From NCBI GenBank assembly GCA_964016885.1, contig OZ024747.1, positions 21,762,001-21,826,000 on the forward strand: DNA of 64,000 bases, in the 5' to 3' direction. This DNA comes from Eledone cirrhosa (Eukaryota). The notes beneath the pieces are model-generated. The model ran no database searches. It had not been told where the DNA came from and saw only the letters and a list, made by a program, of their open reading frames with translations. Within the stretch, counting starts at the first letter, position 1, and the number at the start of each line of letters is the position of its first letter. A program made the position numbers and the translations under genes. Shown piece by piece: positions 52,048 to 64,000 of the stretch.

Positions 52048-52420
52048 TTGGTAAACGGAATAGAAAATGCTGACAAATTGTTCACAGTTGAAAAATGGTT
52101 TAATTAGGAATAAAAGAGTATTAGTGATTGTATGGGTTAGTATTCAGTTGTGGTTTTAAGTTTTTAAGTTTTTACCGGTTGCGCATTTCTAAATGCTTTT
52201 CAAAAATAATTTCGAGATAGAGTGTCCGTGCTGTTTGCTCTGATCAGCACGGACACTCTATCTCAAAATTATTTTTGAAAAGCATTTAGAAATGCGCAAC
52301 CGGTAAAAACTTAAAAACTTAAAACCACAACTGAATACTAACCCATACAATCACTAATACTCTTTTATTCCTAATTAAACCATTTTTCAACTGAACAATC
52401 AACAATTTTAAATATAACTT
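52048..52420. mobile_element. Fold-back Penelope-like terminal fragment, second copy of the 13187 family
   Basis: Inverted arms ~52085-52233 / 52245-52393; variant hammerhead-like motif at 52272-52308 (+) with a mirror copy. Confidence 0.75.
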
Positions 52421-53479
52421 TCCATATATATATATATATATATATTTATTAAAATAACAGATTAAAGTTTACGCAAATAATCGCTGCTTTCACCCTTAAC
52501 GGGATCTTCTGAAACTAACAAAGTCAATCTGTGAACGCAGAAGTGAATATTTTAAAAAACGTTGCAACCGGAGGAAGACAGGAAGACGATACTTTGGTTC
52601 ATGGAAACGTTCCCTGGCAAAGAACGGGAAAAGACGAATATAATACGTCATTAATTGGAGCGGTGAAAAACAATTACACACAAAGACAGAACCACGTTTA
52701 TGGTATAAACGAAGTCGTAGACTAATGTTCTCTTAGGTGGTTCATAGAGACGTTCTCTGGCAATGAACGGAAAAAACGAAGATAATACGTCATATGTGGA
52801 GCGTGGAGAACAATGAGAGATGTGTCACATCACCATCATCATATAGCATCCATTGGACAGGTCTTCATAGTCCGAGTCAGTGCTCAAGTGCGGCTACTGA
52901 CCCCTCAGAATGGTCCATACCATCCTGTACTCTACTGAGTGCATTTTATCATGACACCAGCACTAGGGAGTGTATACATATATTGTATTTGAATGTGCAT
53001 CTGCATGTGTAATTCATTTTTGCTTTGATATTTGAGAGGCTAATGTTGAATGTTAACAGCTTTTTATACTATCCACTGGGACTAACAACAATCAGTAACC
53101 TATACAACACTATCCCAATGATGAACTCAGACAGTGTTGAGAGAATGCTTTCTGGTATACAAAGCACCAGGCACAAGCTGCCTTGTGATTCCAGTGGATG
53201 GAACAGAAAAAGCATTATCCTAGAAGATAGAGAAGCAAGTGCATTGAAATAGCCATTCCAAGTGTTAACATTCAACATTAGTCTCATATATCAAAGCAAA
53301 AATGAATTACACATGCAGACGCACATTCAAATACAATATATGTAAACACACCCTAGTGCTGGTGTCATGATAAAATAGCAGTGAGTAGGGAGATGGTATT
53401 TGGACCAAAAATGTCAGAAGTCTTACTGCTACAGCGGCAATGACAAACTTATCAGAAAATTGTCAGATAGTTCAATAGC

Positions 53480-54230
53480 TTGCATGACAATTAGCTTATC
53501 AGGCAACAAAACCTAGGTCTGTTGCTAAATACACCAGATTGCCAGTAGAGTGTCACTAAATGTTGCATCCTAGATGAAGGATTTATCATCACAATGAGAA
53601 GATCATGATGCCATCTGGCTTTTTGCCATCCCCTCAGTCAAACCCTACCTGGTGGAGTATCAATCATATGTCCAAGATGGAGGCCTCAAAGCTCTCCTCT
53701 GTGTTATAATTAATGTTCACTACCTTTGACTTAAATGAGTTGATCTTGAGGCTGATCCTTGCCAGAGCAGGAACAACTGAGTGGAGATCATAGCAGATTA
53801 TCTCCATGGCCCCACCTATCATTGAATCATCCAGATATCACACTTTGAATGAAGCCATAATGCTACAAGCAATATTGTCTACTTCAAGTGTGAAGAGGAA
53901 AAGGCCTAAGGAGTCACCCTGTTGAACACCAGTGCAGGATATGATTTGAGCTGGTGAGATTGTGCTTTTGATACAGCTGAAGAATCCTCCCCTGCATAAA
54001 TGTGTGTATATCATCAGCAGCCTTTTTAAATCTAGTTTCCCATGTATGGGTTAGAAAGGTCTTTTCAAGCACTGCTTCCTTACACTTGTTGCATTCCTTC
54101 ATACACCTACACATAATAGAGTCAATAAATGCCCCCATATTCGTATCAGTCTCTCTGCACTTCAAGTACAAATCCTGCCAGGATAAACATTATTTTTCTT
54201 CCTTTAAAGGCCAATAAATGAGATACCACT
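53480..54230 (-). mobile_element. CRE-like reverse transcriptase fossil
   Basis: KLDLK...CTGVQQGDSLGLFLFTLEVDNI...KV*YLDDSMIGGP corresponds to the GVQQGDPLGP and WYLDDGT.GG motifs, with stops and frameshifts. Confidence 0.85.
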
Positions 54231-54507
54231 ACAGAGATGGTTGATTGGTAGAGTTGTGAAAGTGTTGAATGAGATGATTTACAGTATCTGTTCTGAACCT
54301 GTGTATTCAGTGTTCAAATCATCTTTCACTAGAAAAAGCATTGACATGAATTGCAACCAATGGTAAGAGAAATAGAAACATTGTTTTCTTGGTCTAATTT
54401 GCAAATCAGTTTCTTTATACATGTATATATACATAAGTGTGTGTAAATATATATATATATATATATACATGCTTGTATGTCAGTGTGTGTATATGTATAT
54501 ATATACA

Positions 54508-54572
<65 letters not shown>

Positions 54573-54764
54573 ATGTGTGTGTGTATATATATATAGTACT
54601 CACACACTTTCATTAACTAACTACAACTGACTGCATACTTACCAGTGTGACAACTCTCTCCCCCTCTAATACACATACACACACTCCCTCTCTTCTTTTT
54701 TGACAAAAGTCTATTTATATTTCTCTATTTTCGGTATTACCATTTGCACACTTAGTTTGTACCA

Positions 54765-55720
54765 TGTCCTGTCCTGATGGCACTGGTTTCCTCCATGTTT
54801 GATGTTCCCCGTGTCTCTATTGATCCAGAGAAATGGCAAGTATCATGAGAACCTTGTTGTGGCTCCATCTATATCTCCCTTGACAAGAGCTGTTTTACAT
54901 CCCTATAGATTGTGTGCCATTGTACCTCTCCTACAGACCTTACACAATTCAGTCTCCCTCATGCCTCACCTGTGCAAATTATTGGTGTCAGTAACGTGTC
55001 ATACACTGCTCACAACAGAAAGCAATTCAGAAAGGTTTCAATCTCCGTAAATCTGCCCAAACAATCTTCCTCTAAGGGAGGTCCCATTCAGTTGAGTCTC
55101 TCTGGGAAACTAATTTCACTGCCCTCGATCCATCCTTTCTTCCGGATCATGGCTTTCCTGTTAAGTTGGAAATATGAATTTCTGAGACTTCTCATGCATG
55201 TTAATCTAATGATGCCCCATAATTTCTGCTTGTGTGACAGAAGTATCATCTGCCCACTTCTGTCCTAGCCTTGTAACAACACCTGTATGTCTGACTTGTG
55301 CATCCTGTGAGTCCTTGAACATCATAGTTACTCTGTCTTTTGCCACATTAATTTCCTTTACCACAGATGATAGATGAAGCTGGAGTGTCATGATCTTATG
55401 TAGTCCAACACTGGTGAAGCTTAACCACTGATGGAGATATTTGTTTATCTTCCTCTCCACTCCCTCCTTTAACAAAGGGCCTTCATACACAGTTAACAGC
55501 CACATGAGTCTCGGCTGCAGACTAGACTGATAGAGCCTTGCATCGTATTTCCCTAAAAGCCCTGATTTTCAATTCTCCTCGGCTATTTCTTTCTTTGCTT
55601 TCCTATACTGGTGACAATGTTCCCGTCAGAAAAAGTCGGTTGTGTTTGTCACAGTGAGATCATTCTTGAAACCTCTTATTGGGTGTTGTTGGATGCCTGA
55701 TAACATGCTTAGTCCTTGGG
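54765..55720 (-). mobile_element. Hero-like (R2-group) RLE retrotransposon fossil
   Basis: GVVTRLGQKWA...AE; FLL*AVYDTLLTP.NLHR*GMRETELCKVC.RRGTMAHNL*GCKTAL.QGRYRWSHNKVL (CCHC knuckle). Confidence 0.8.
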
Positions 55721-56479
55721 ATTAAAGAATCCAGTAGCTGTCATAAGGAAGTCACCTTTGCCTTTCTTGGCCTCTCGAATCATCAGACTAAAAACTCCAG
55801 ATAAATGTGGTGATACATACATTCTCAGTCATGTATGAGGTCATTCTTTTGGCCAGTAGAGATCATTCTTTTTGTATTTCAACTCCACTGATAATTGGTT
55901 GGCACCCAGAGCTTGGTTTCTGAGTGGATCATTGTGGATTTCCTGTTAGATTAGATCTAGTCTAATGTAAATTTATTGAATACAAAATTGGAAATATTTT
56001 CAACATGCTTGTATAGGAATACCTATTCTTTTTACTATAATAAATGTGACCCTGCTTAATAAACAATATAAAAGTAAAAATTATTTTAGGATCTTGTCAC
56101 TCCAACCAACCCATATTCTTAACATGCAACATATTTCTATCACAATTGATAATTGAGTCCTATGACACTAGTATTAGAATAAAGTTCACTTAAGTTTCTT
56201 TAACTATATATAGATCTACAGTTTTTTTTTACACTCAAATACATAGATAAGTTTATTAACCTTTATATGACCCAGTGTACATTGATATTGATGGTCACCA
56301 TCTAACTTACAGTATGTAAACATACATTGGCTAAGTTTGTGATTGAACACTGAATGTTGAAGATTCAGACATCTTTTTCACATACCATTCATAATAACGT
56401 GCACCACCATAAACAGTGTTAACATTCTGTATATATATCATACTTGCAGAAGATAGGTCACAATTTAGATCCCTCTTAC

Positions 56480-56526
56480 AATCTGAAGATATGGTCAATA
56501 TTGGGCCTTGAAACCTTAGGTAGCGC
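56480..56526 (+). ncRNA. Hammerhead core with decayed stem I
   Basis: CTGAAGA-tat ggtc aatattg ggcc tt-GAAAC-cttag-GTA, ~40 nt before a TA tract. Upstream 55970-56100 weakly resembles a decayed PLE KC.LCL motif. Confidence 0.55.
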
Positions 56527-56589
56527 TTTTATTCCATATATGAACATAAATAAATAAATTATATATATACATACACACACATATATATA

Positions 56590-56898
56590 TATGTAAAGTT
56601 ATGTTGGTACCACAGAACATCCAATCCACACTGTAAAGTGGTCATGTAGGTGACACAACAAAAAGCACCCAGTTCACACTGTAAAGTGGTCGTCTGAGAG
56701 ACACAGTAAAAAGGCTCTCAGTCCACACTGTAAATGTGGTTGGTGTTAGGAGCGGGGGGCATCCAGCCGCAGAAAACCTGCCAGAAACAGTTCTATATGA
56801 GCAAGACACAGTCACCTGACCAATCTCGCCTTAAGAAGGACAAACCAGTCCAACCCATGCTAGCATGGAAGATGGACGTTAAACGATGATGATGATGA
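56590..56898 (+). mobile_element. SINE-like element with RTE-type 3' tail and internal ~48-bp subrepeats
   Basis: aaaagcacccagttcacactgtaaagtggt...ggcatccagccg...caacccatgctagcatggaagatggacgttaaacgatgatgatgat. Confidence 0.7.
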
Positions 56899-56899
56899 T

Positions 56900-57250
56900 A
56901 TTGTTCATGCTTCGGAATTGAAGATGACCACAATTTCGATGTTAGTTAGAGGATCTTTGGTTGTAGGTCTAGAAACCACACCCACTAGTGGGGCACATTT
57001 GGATAGGTGCTGCAGTAGTGGAAGTGGATGTCGCTCGGTCCTTGCACATGGAGCGTTTCCTCTGAGCTTCTGCAAAGAGTTTGTTTCGCCAGTTTGGGTG
57101 ACCCAGGACAAGCGATTCTCAGCTACTGGAATTGATGTAGAGGTTTTTAAGGGATGCTTTAAGATTATCTTTGAAACGTTTATTCTGCTCACCGATTGAG
57201 CGCTTAAGCTGGCTCAGCTCTCTATACAGTAGTTGTTTCTGTTGTATTGT
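56900..57250 (-). mobile_element. RTE-BovB-like LINE 3' fragment
   Basis: QKQLLYRELSQLKRSIGEQNKRFKDNLKASLK...AQRKR...RATSTSTTAAPIQMCPTSG.GF. Confidence 0.85.
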
Positions 57251-57339
57251 CTCATATCCTGATCTGTCCAAACTTGGGCCTACTTTAGGAGGATGTGGAC
57301 ACTCACACACACACACATAGTTAGATAGATTGATAGACA

Positions 57340-57720
57340 AACACACATATACACACACACAAACATTTTATATATATATATATACACACACAAACATTTT
57401 ATATATATATATACACACACACAAACATTTTATATATATATACACACACAAACATTTTATATATATAACACACACAAACATTTTATATATATAACACACA
57501 AACATTTTATATATATAACACACACACACAAACATTTTATATATATATACACACACAAACATTTTATATATATAACACACACAAACATTTTATATATATA
57601 ACACACAAACATTTTATATATATAACACACACACACAAACATTTTATATATATATACACACACACACAAACATTTTATATATATAACACACACACACACA
57701 CAAACATTTTATATATATAT

Positions 57721-57762
<42 letters not shown>

Positions 57763-57963
57763 CTATATATACATCTATATCTATGTAAATATCTATGTAT
57801 ATATATATATGTGTATGTATGTGTGTGTATATGTATATATATATATACACACATACGTATATATATGTATATGCGTATATATATGTATATATGTGTGTGT
57901 GTATATATATATATATATACACACACACACGTATATATATATGTATATATGTGTGTGTGTGGG

Positions 57964-58006
<43 letters not shown>
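57340..58006. repeat. Compound CA/TA microsatellite, with a ~26-bp higher-order unit (acacacaaacattttatatatata) in its left half
   Basis: Direct inspection. Confidence 0.95.
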
Positions 58007-58011
<5 letters not shown>

Positions 58012-59539
58012 CAAACGCACTTTTCCATCACCAGCTTTATTCAAATGACTTCCATACCCAGTTATTTGCGACACGTACCCCAGCTGTAAAATCTCGGACT
58101 GTCGAACTACCTGCTTATCTTTAAGCCATTAGGTCGGGTCGACAGGACAGATGAATCGATAGACAGATAGATATAAATAAATGCAGATACAATGAAAAGC
58201 AAACAAATAGCTAAGAATGTTTTTGTTGTTGTTTGTTTTTTTATCTAGATGTATTGTAAGGCCCTCCAAATCAGTCTAAACCCACAACCATATCTACTAC
58301 GACAAAGAACTCGCACTTTCTCAAATATTATGACGCATACATGTAGATTTTTAACTTCTATTTTCATCCTCTATTTTTATTTTTATTTGTTGTTTTACTA
58401 CACATATTTCTTGTGTAATCTACCCCGTTTGACTATTTCCGTCCTTTTAGCTTCGGATACTAAAAAAAAAATAAGATCCTGTTTAACTAATTTAGTCTAG
58501 AGTTGATAAACTGAAATCATAGATAAATTAAATGAATCATTTGGGTTTTGGGGGTTTATCCGGAGGTTTTAAATAGACATAATATGATTTCGTCTGGGAT
58601 TATCTATGAACGAATAAAGAAATAAAATGAACGGGTCAAATAAACAAAGACTGATTCCATTTGCTTGACGTGAACACATCTACACCGAGATAGTCGATAT
58701 AGAAATAATATAATAAAAATAGCTAATTAAATGTCTGATTAAACACTTGTAAAGAATCTGTACACAAGACAAATGTATGCATGTGTTTAGTATGTATACT
58801 AAACAATGTCTACATAATAATCTATGTATATATACGCGCGAGTGTGTTTGTGTGTATGACTGTATATTGCAGACAATGTTAGCATATGTATGTTTATGTA
58901 ATGGAGGGGAGGGCGGAGTATGTATCTATATATATATCTACTAAAATATATAATGTGTTTGTTTTTAAGTGTTTATATTGGGTGTATATAGAGTAGAGTT
59001 GTGTGTATGTAAAGGTATGTATGCAACCCAACACATACATACGTGTGTGTGTTTATGTTATATAGAAACAAATGTACTAACAAAGGTGTGTGCGTGCGTT
59101 TGTTTATAGTTATGCATCTACACATTTTCTGAATACGTGTGCAGTCTTCCTGTGAAGATGTATAAAAACAAAAAAAAAAGCAATTCTGTGTGTAAATATA
59201 TATATTGAGTTTATACGAAAGTAGGTATACTTTTATAGACACAAGATTGGCTGCTTTCGTGATTAGCAAAAAAAAAAAAATACGTGTGTGTGTCTGGGTA
59301 TGTTTACATAGGACGGAGTGAGTTTATATCGAACCTATACAAATGTTTATGTGTGTAAAAGGGAATTGTGTGGTGTGTGAATGTGTAAAATATACAGGTC
59401 TGTTTACAAATACAATATATTCTCTTTTCAAAGAGTGTGCAAACGAAATGGAAATTAATGTCTTGCTGTGTGTACGTGTGGGTGTTTTGGGGGGTACCTT
59501 TTTTGTGATTCGTGAAAGAAAAGGAAATAAAGAACCGAC

Positions 59540-59647
59540 CTGATATGGTGGTGGTGGTCCGAGAGCTGGGTCCGACCCATCATTGCTGTCGCTGCCTCTC
59601 AGTAGAGATATATCATCTGCATTGGGAGTCTTTAAACAATTACCCAT
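59540..59647 (-). CDS. RNF11: First coding exon (36 codons) of RING finger protein 11 homologue; rest of gene not found in window
   Basis: Translates as MGNCLKTPNADDISLLRGSDSNDGSDPALGPPPPYQ, matching the RNF11 N-terminus (MGNCLKSPTSDDISLL...PPPPYQ: Gly2 myristoylation site, Cys4, DDISLL dileucine motif, PPPPY PY motif). Good Kozak context (agaATGG). Ends at CAG|GTCGGT, a phase-0 donor right after PPPPYQ, as I recall for vertebrate RNF11 intron 1. Confidence 0.92.
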
Positions 59648-60450
59648 TCTTTTTTCTTTTTCGTTTGTACTTTTCAATGATGGCGATTTACTTAAAATAT
59701 CAGTTCCTCCTACAATATAGCTGTCGGTTTTTAGTGCTGATTTTCTTTTCTTTTTCGTCTTTGTTTCGTTATTTATCAGTGGAATTATTATTATTGTTAT
59801 TATTGGTAATGGTAATAGTATTGGTAGCAGTTATGATAGTGCTGTTGATATTATTAGTGTTTGTTTTGTTGTTGGGTGTAATAGTTGTACATAAGACGAA
59901 CCATCGTCGGAACTTGAGAGTGAGAGGAGAAAGACAAATAAACAAAACAGTGCAACGAGGGAGAGACGAAACTGAGGAGAGACAGAGAGAAAAAAAATTT
60001 AGACATACAGAGTGAGGGAGACGTAGAGAAAAATACATAGACACACACACAGGCATAGAGAAGAAGACGGGGAGAGAAGCCACTCGCACACACACACAGT
60101 GTTTGAGAAAGACAGGGACTTTGGCCAGTTTAAGTGTCTTATTGTTTGTTGTGTTTTGATTTTCGTTTCAGTTCTGTTGTTTTGCTCGTCTCTCAGTCGA
60201 TCATCCCTGCATCATTGTCGAGACGCAGCCCGTGAGGTTAATGAAATGTTTTAGTTATTACTAATTACTAAATCAAGTCAGTCATGTCAAGTCAGTCAAG
60301 GCAGTAGGAGTAGTATCAGCAGTACTACAGCTACTATTACTGCTGCTGATGATACTACTCAGACTACTGCTACACACAAGATATACATACGTACACACAC
60401 ACTCACCAGCGTATATATTGAGTTTGAGGAGCCAATAGATGGCTTAAATA
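59648..60450 (-). promoter_or_regulatory. Probable 5' UTR/promoter region of RNF11
   Basis: Mostly unique sequence without recognisable TEs immediately upstream of the ATG, with CT/GT-rich tracts and a CCAAT motif near 60433. The TSS cannot be placed from sequence alone. Confidence 0.35.
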
Positions 60451-60984
60451 TCAGTTCAGTGTTTATCATACTCAACAAAAGGAAAGCAGTGGAGATGCCC
60501 GAGACAGTAAAACGTCGGACAAAACTGACTATAGTGAAATTTCATCTCTCACGGGTTTCAGTTTATATCCTGTTTTGACTTGTCTCTTTTATCGCTCGGG
60601 AGAAATCGATAAAATAAGTACCAGAAATATGTTCGGGTCGATAGTATCGACTACACCTGTCCATTTCTATATTAGAGGTCTCGTTTTTAAAATCTTTTCA
60701 ATCTTGGACAAAACGGATTTTTTTTTTAACAAATTGGAAATATCGGGCATGTTCCTATTTTCGGGTTCTAATAAAATGAAAGTAAAATTTCAAGCTTGAA
60801 AATGGAAACGAAATTTCAAAATAGAAAATCAGAAACTGAAATTGACCTACCAATCAGCTAGAAATAACAGCCAAATCTCTTTCAAATTGTACCTAACTTT
60901 CTTAAAAGACAGGCTAGTCACAGCTGCAATGCTTTTTGTTACAGGTCTGCTCGATCACACACACGGAGAAGTGCCTGTGTCCTT

Positions 60985-62040
60985 CATAGGCACTCCAAGA
61001 TGGGAGAGATTGATACAGTTGATGTTCCTATTAAACTGTCACAAACTGAATCCTGTAGAAAAGACATAAGCAAGGAGGGAGTTTCAGAGGGTCTCCATTT
61101 TGGACTGGAAGAATTGGGCATTGTAGTTAGTACATAACCTGAGGGGGCAGTGTATAGAACATGGATCATGAGAGGAGTGAGATCAGCCTGCTCCAAGGAG
61201 CAGAGACCATTGTAGAAAAGGCAAAGAGATAGCACAACTGTGAGCCGGAGGTTGGAGTACGTCTATGAGTAACTTGATATTGATTAGTCAAATGGATATT
61301 CTATGGATGTGGTCTAGGATGTACGTCTGTGCAGCAGCAACACCATCCCAAATATAGGAAGTATATACCATTATGGTTCTAACTAGAACTCTGGATAGAA
61401 TCAGTAGTTGTTGGAGATTGAAGCATTTTCTGGCCCTGAAAAGAAAGGCTAGTCTTTATTAAGGATATGTCTTCACTATGAGAGTTCTTTATTAAATGTC
61501 AGGCCTAGCAGCTGGATCAATCACAAGGGCACAAGGATATTTCCTTGAGATGAACAGTACTTGTATATTTTTGCTATTGAAAGAGATGAGATTAGCACAA
61601 CCCCATTGGTGGAAGCTTTTAGGGTATTAGTTTGTGGAGTCAGTGCATACTTAGTGTGAGGTGTCATGAGAGGATGTTAATGACTCTTGGTTGGAGAAAG
61701 TTATGAATAAATGATGAAGATTGGTACCACTTGTATAAGAGTGAGCAGTGTTGTACACTTGAGACAGTAGATTATTGATGTAGGCAAAGAAGAGCAGAGA
61801 AAACAAAACTGAATCCTAGGGCCAGTGCCAGATTTAGAACAAATGAGGCCCTGTGCAAGTTAAGTTATGAGGCCCCTTACTTGGGCCCTGAAGGAAGCAA
61901 CCATTTTTTTGGAAGGAGGATGGGCCCCCTTGGCCTATGGGGCTCTGTGCTTAAGCACACCTAAGCACAATGGTAAATCCAGCACTGCCTAGAGCACACC
62001 AGAATTGATAGAGTGTGTAATTAGAGAGAGCACTGTCAGC
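60985..62040 (-). mobile_element. Jockey/CR1-like LINE RT fossil interrupted by a hAT MITE
   Basis: HSINSGVL*G|SVLFSLLFFAYINNLL...HSYTSGTNLH (GVPQGSVL..LF..YIND..SYADD) and LVRTIMVYTSYIWDG...ILDHIHR. Confidence 0.75.
61823..61987. mobile_element. hAT (Tip100-like) MITE
   Basis: TIRs cagtgccagattta / taaatccagcactg; 8-bp TSD cctagggc / cctagagc; splits the LINE GVPQG motif. Confidence 0.85.
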
Positions 62041-62230
62041 ATATACTGTAATGTATATACATATATATATTATATATATAGATATATATATATATAGAGA
62101 GAGAGAGATAAGAAAATGAGGGGGTTTTTTTAAAAGAAAAAAAACAAGAAGTCCTACACGAGTGAAAGTATAAGGAAAAAAGATGAAATCGAAAATGCAA
62201 CGAGTCTTTTTAAGAATATTTATTTGTTTC

Positions 62231-62266
62231 CTTTACCGGTTTCACAGTTAGTATGCTTTTCAAAAG
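62231..62266 (-). ncRNA. U3-A8 variant minimal hammerhead in a fold-back element (62170-62411)
   Basis: Minus strand: ctt-TTGAAAA-gca tactaac tgt-GAAAC-cg-GTA-aag; inner perfect arms 62252-62306 / 62314-62368. Confidence 0.65.
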
Positions 62267-62629
62267 TAGAATTGAGATGGAGGGTTTGTGGTTTTTCTCG
62301 CATCTGGTTTTTCTCAGATGCGAGAAAAACCACAAACCCTCCATCTCAATTCTACTTTTGAAAAGCATAATAACCGGTATTTGCATTTTCGATTTCATCT
62401 TTTTTCCTTATATATATATACACTATATATATATATATATATATATATATCATATCATCATCATCATCGTTTTTACATCCACATTTCCATGCTGTCATGG
62501 GGTTGGATGGAATGGTGTTTTACAGCCGGATGGTTTTTCTTGACGCCAACCCTTTTAGTTGCCACTTATATGAGGCAGGAAAACAGCGTACCTATTCTAA
62601 AGTCTGGGATATATATGTGTGTGTGTATG

Positions 62630-62725
<96 letters not shown>

Positions 62726-63048
62726 CACATACACATATATATAGTGTTGATGATCTACACAATAAACACATCTAGCACACTATGGTTAGTGATAGGACAG
62801 GCGCCTGGCCATATAAAGCTTGCCAAACAAAAGGTTGGGAGGAACCCTTCAGTTGTGTCAAAATTGTGTCTCTTGTGCATGTGTCATGATAAAATGTATT
62901 CGGTAGTGTTCAGGATTGTATGTAAGCGAGATGCAGTCTCTAGCCTATCTGGAGGAGGTCAGTAGCCCCACTTGAGTACTGATTCAATTTGTTAAGAGCC
63001 ATCCCACCTTTTCTAGCTGGGAAAACAGTGATGTTGTTGCTGATATGG

Positions 63049-63080
63049 TCGACGTGTCGGGTTTAAGCCCTTCTTCAGGA
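63049..63080 (-). ncRNA. Degenerate Penelope-type hammerhead (GAAA to GACA)
   Basis: Minus strand: tc-CTGAAGA-aggg cttaaa ccc-GACA-cg-TC-ga. Confidence 0.5.
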
Positions 63081-63789
63081 GTACAAAATAGAGACAGGAT
63101 CACAATGGGGGAACAAAAAAGGTCAGAGTAAAGCCCCCAAAAATTCGAATATATACACACACACATATATAAATATATATCTATATACATATCATCATCA
63201 TCATCATTTTACATCCACTTTCCATGCTAGGATGGATTAGACGTGTTGCCATAATTCAAAAGCAGACAGGTCGAAGTGACCTCATCTTGCTCATTCGTTT
63301 CATATACACACACGCACACATATACATGGGTTTGGGAGAAGGGGAAATAATAATGGTGAAAATTTGAAGAGTTGTGCCTTGGTAACACATCTCTTCGTAG
63401 AAGGTGATTGTCATATCATCTGAAGATTGCCTGAATTATTAATTCGGACATGACAGCATTAGCAATAATGTATTAATATTTACACTGACTATAACCATAA
63501 TATATACATATATATCATCATCATCATCATCATTCTTATCATTATTTTATGTCCATTTTCCATGCAGGCTTAGATTGAATGGATTATCATATTCTGGAAT
63601 CTGACAAATCAGATGATCCCCTCTTTTGACACGTCTTTTATGAGTGGATGCCCGCCCTAATACTAACCACTTTACAGTGTGTACTAGATGGATTTTATTG
63701 TGGCTGTAGCACTACCACTTTACAGCATGAACTGGGTGCATTTTGCCATGGCACCAGCAATATCATTTTACAGAGCAGGTTGTGTACAT

Positions 63790-64000
63790 TTTATCATAGC
63801 ACCAGAACCACTACAGAGTGATCTGGGAGCATTTTATCATGGCACCAGAACCACTACAGAGTGATCTGGGAGCATTTTATCATGGCACCAGAACCACTAC
63901 AGAGTGATCTGGGAGCATTTTATCATGGCACCAGAACCACTACAGAGTGATCTGGGAGCATTTTATCATGGCACCAGAACCACTACAGAGTGATCTGGGA
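63790..64000. repeat. 43-bp minisatellite running off the window end
   Basis: Unit agaaccactacagagtgatctgggagcattttatcatggcacc; preceded by diverged monomers inside a SINE-like element (63520-63790). Confidence 0.92.

Noticed and set aside
59324-59677. 117-aa single-exon ORF as the full gene
   Set aside because: It starts at TTG upstream of the true ATG, and similarity to RNF11 ends at the splice donor at 59540; the rest is intron read-through.
59512-60095. Hydrophobic and Asn/Thr-rich ORFs opposite or upstream of RNF11 exon 1
   Set aside because: Produced by (TTA/GTA)n and CT-rich low-complexity UTR sequence.

Overview
AT-rich, repeat-saturated eukaryotic DNA. The repeat landscape (dense microsatellites, tRNA-derived SINEs, RTE LINE tails, Penelope fragments) suggests a coleoid cephalopod, probably an octopus; this is inference, not a database result. 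The only host gene I can support is the first coding exon of an RNF11 RING-finger homologue (minus strand, 59647-59540, MGNCLK...PPPPYQ|GT). I found no exon 2, so positions 1-59539 are probably one very large first intron. The rest is fossil non-LTR retrotransposons (RTE, CRE-like, Hero-like, R4/Dong-like, Tx1/L1-like, Jockey/CR1-like), a Penelope-like GIY-YIG element, hAT/piggyBac/Tigger-like MITEs with TSDs, many SINEs, and large minisatellites, several apparently seeded from SINE segments. The most notable signal is about a dozen short, mutually divergent elements in or next to (TA)n tracts. They carry minimal hammerhead ribozyme motifs (canonical, U3-A8 variant and degenerate), several as perfect fold-back palindromes, and several share a bulged 3' stem-loop (ACTC-hairpin-GAGTRC). 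Nearly all long ORFs in the supplied track are repeat artefacts. Family names are from motif recall, and repeat boundaries are approximate.
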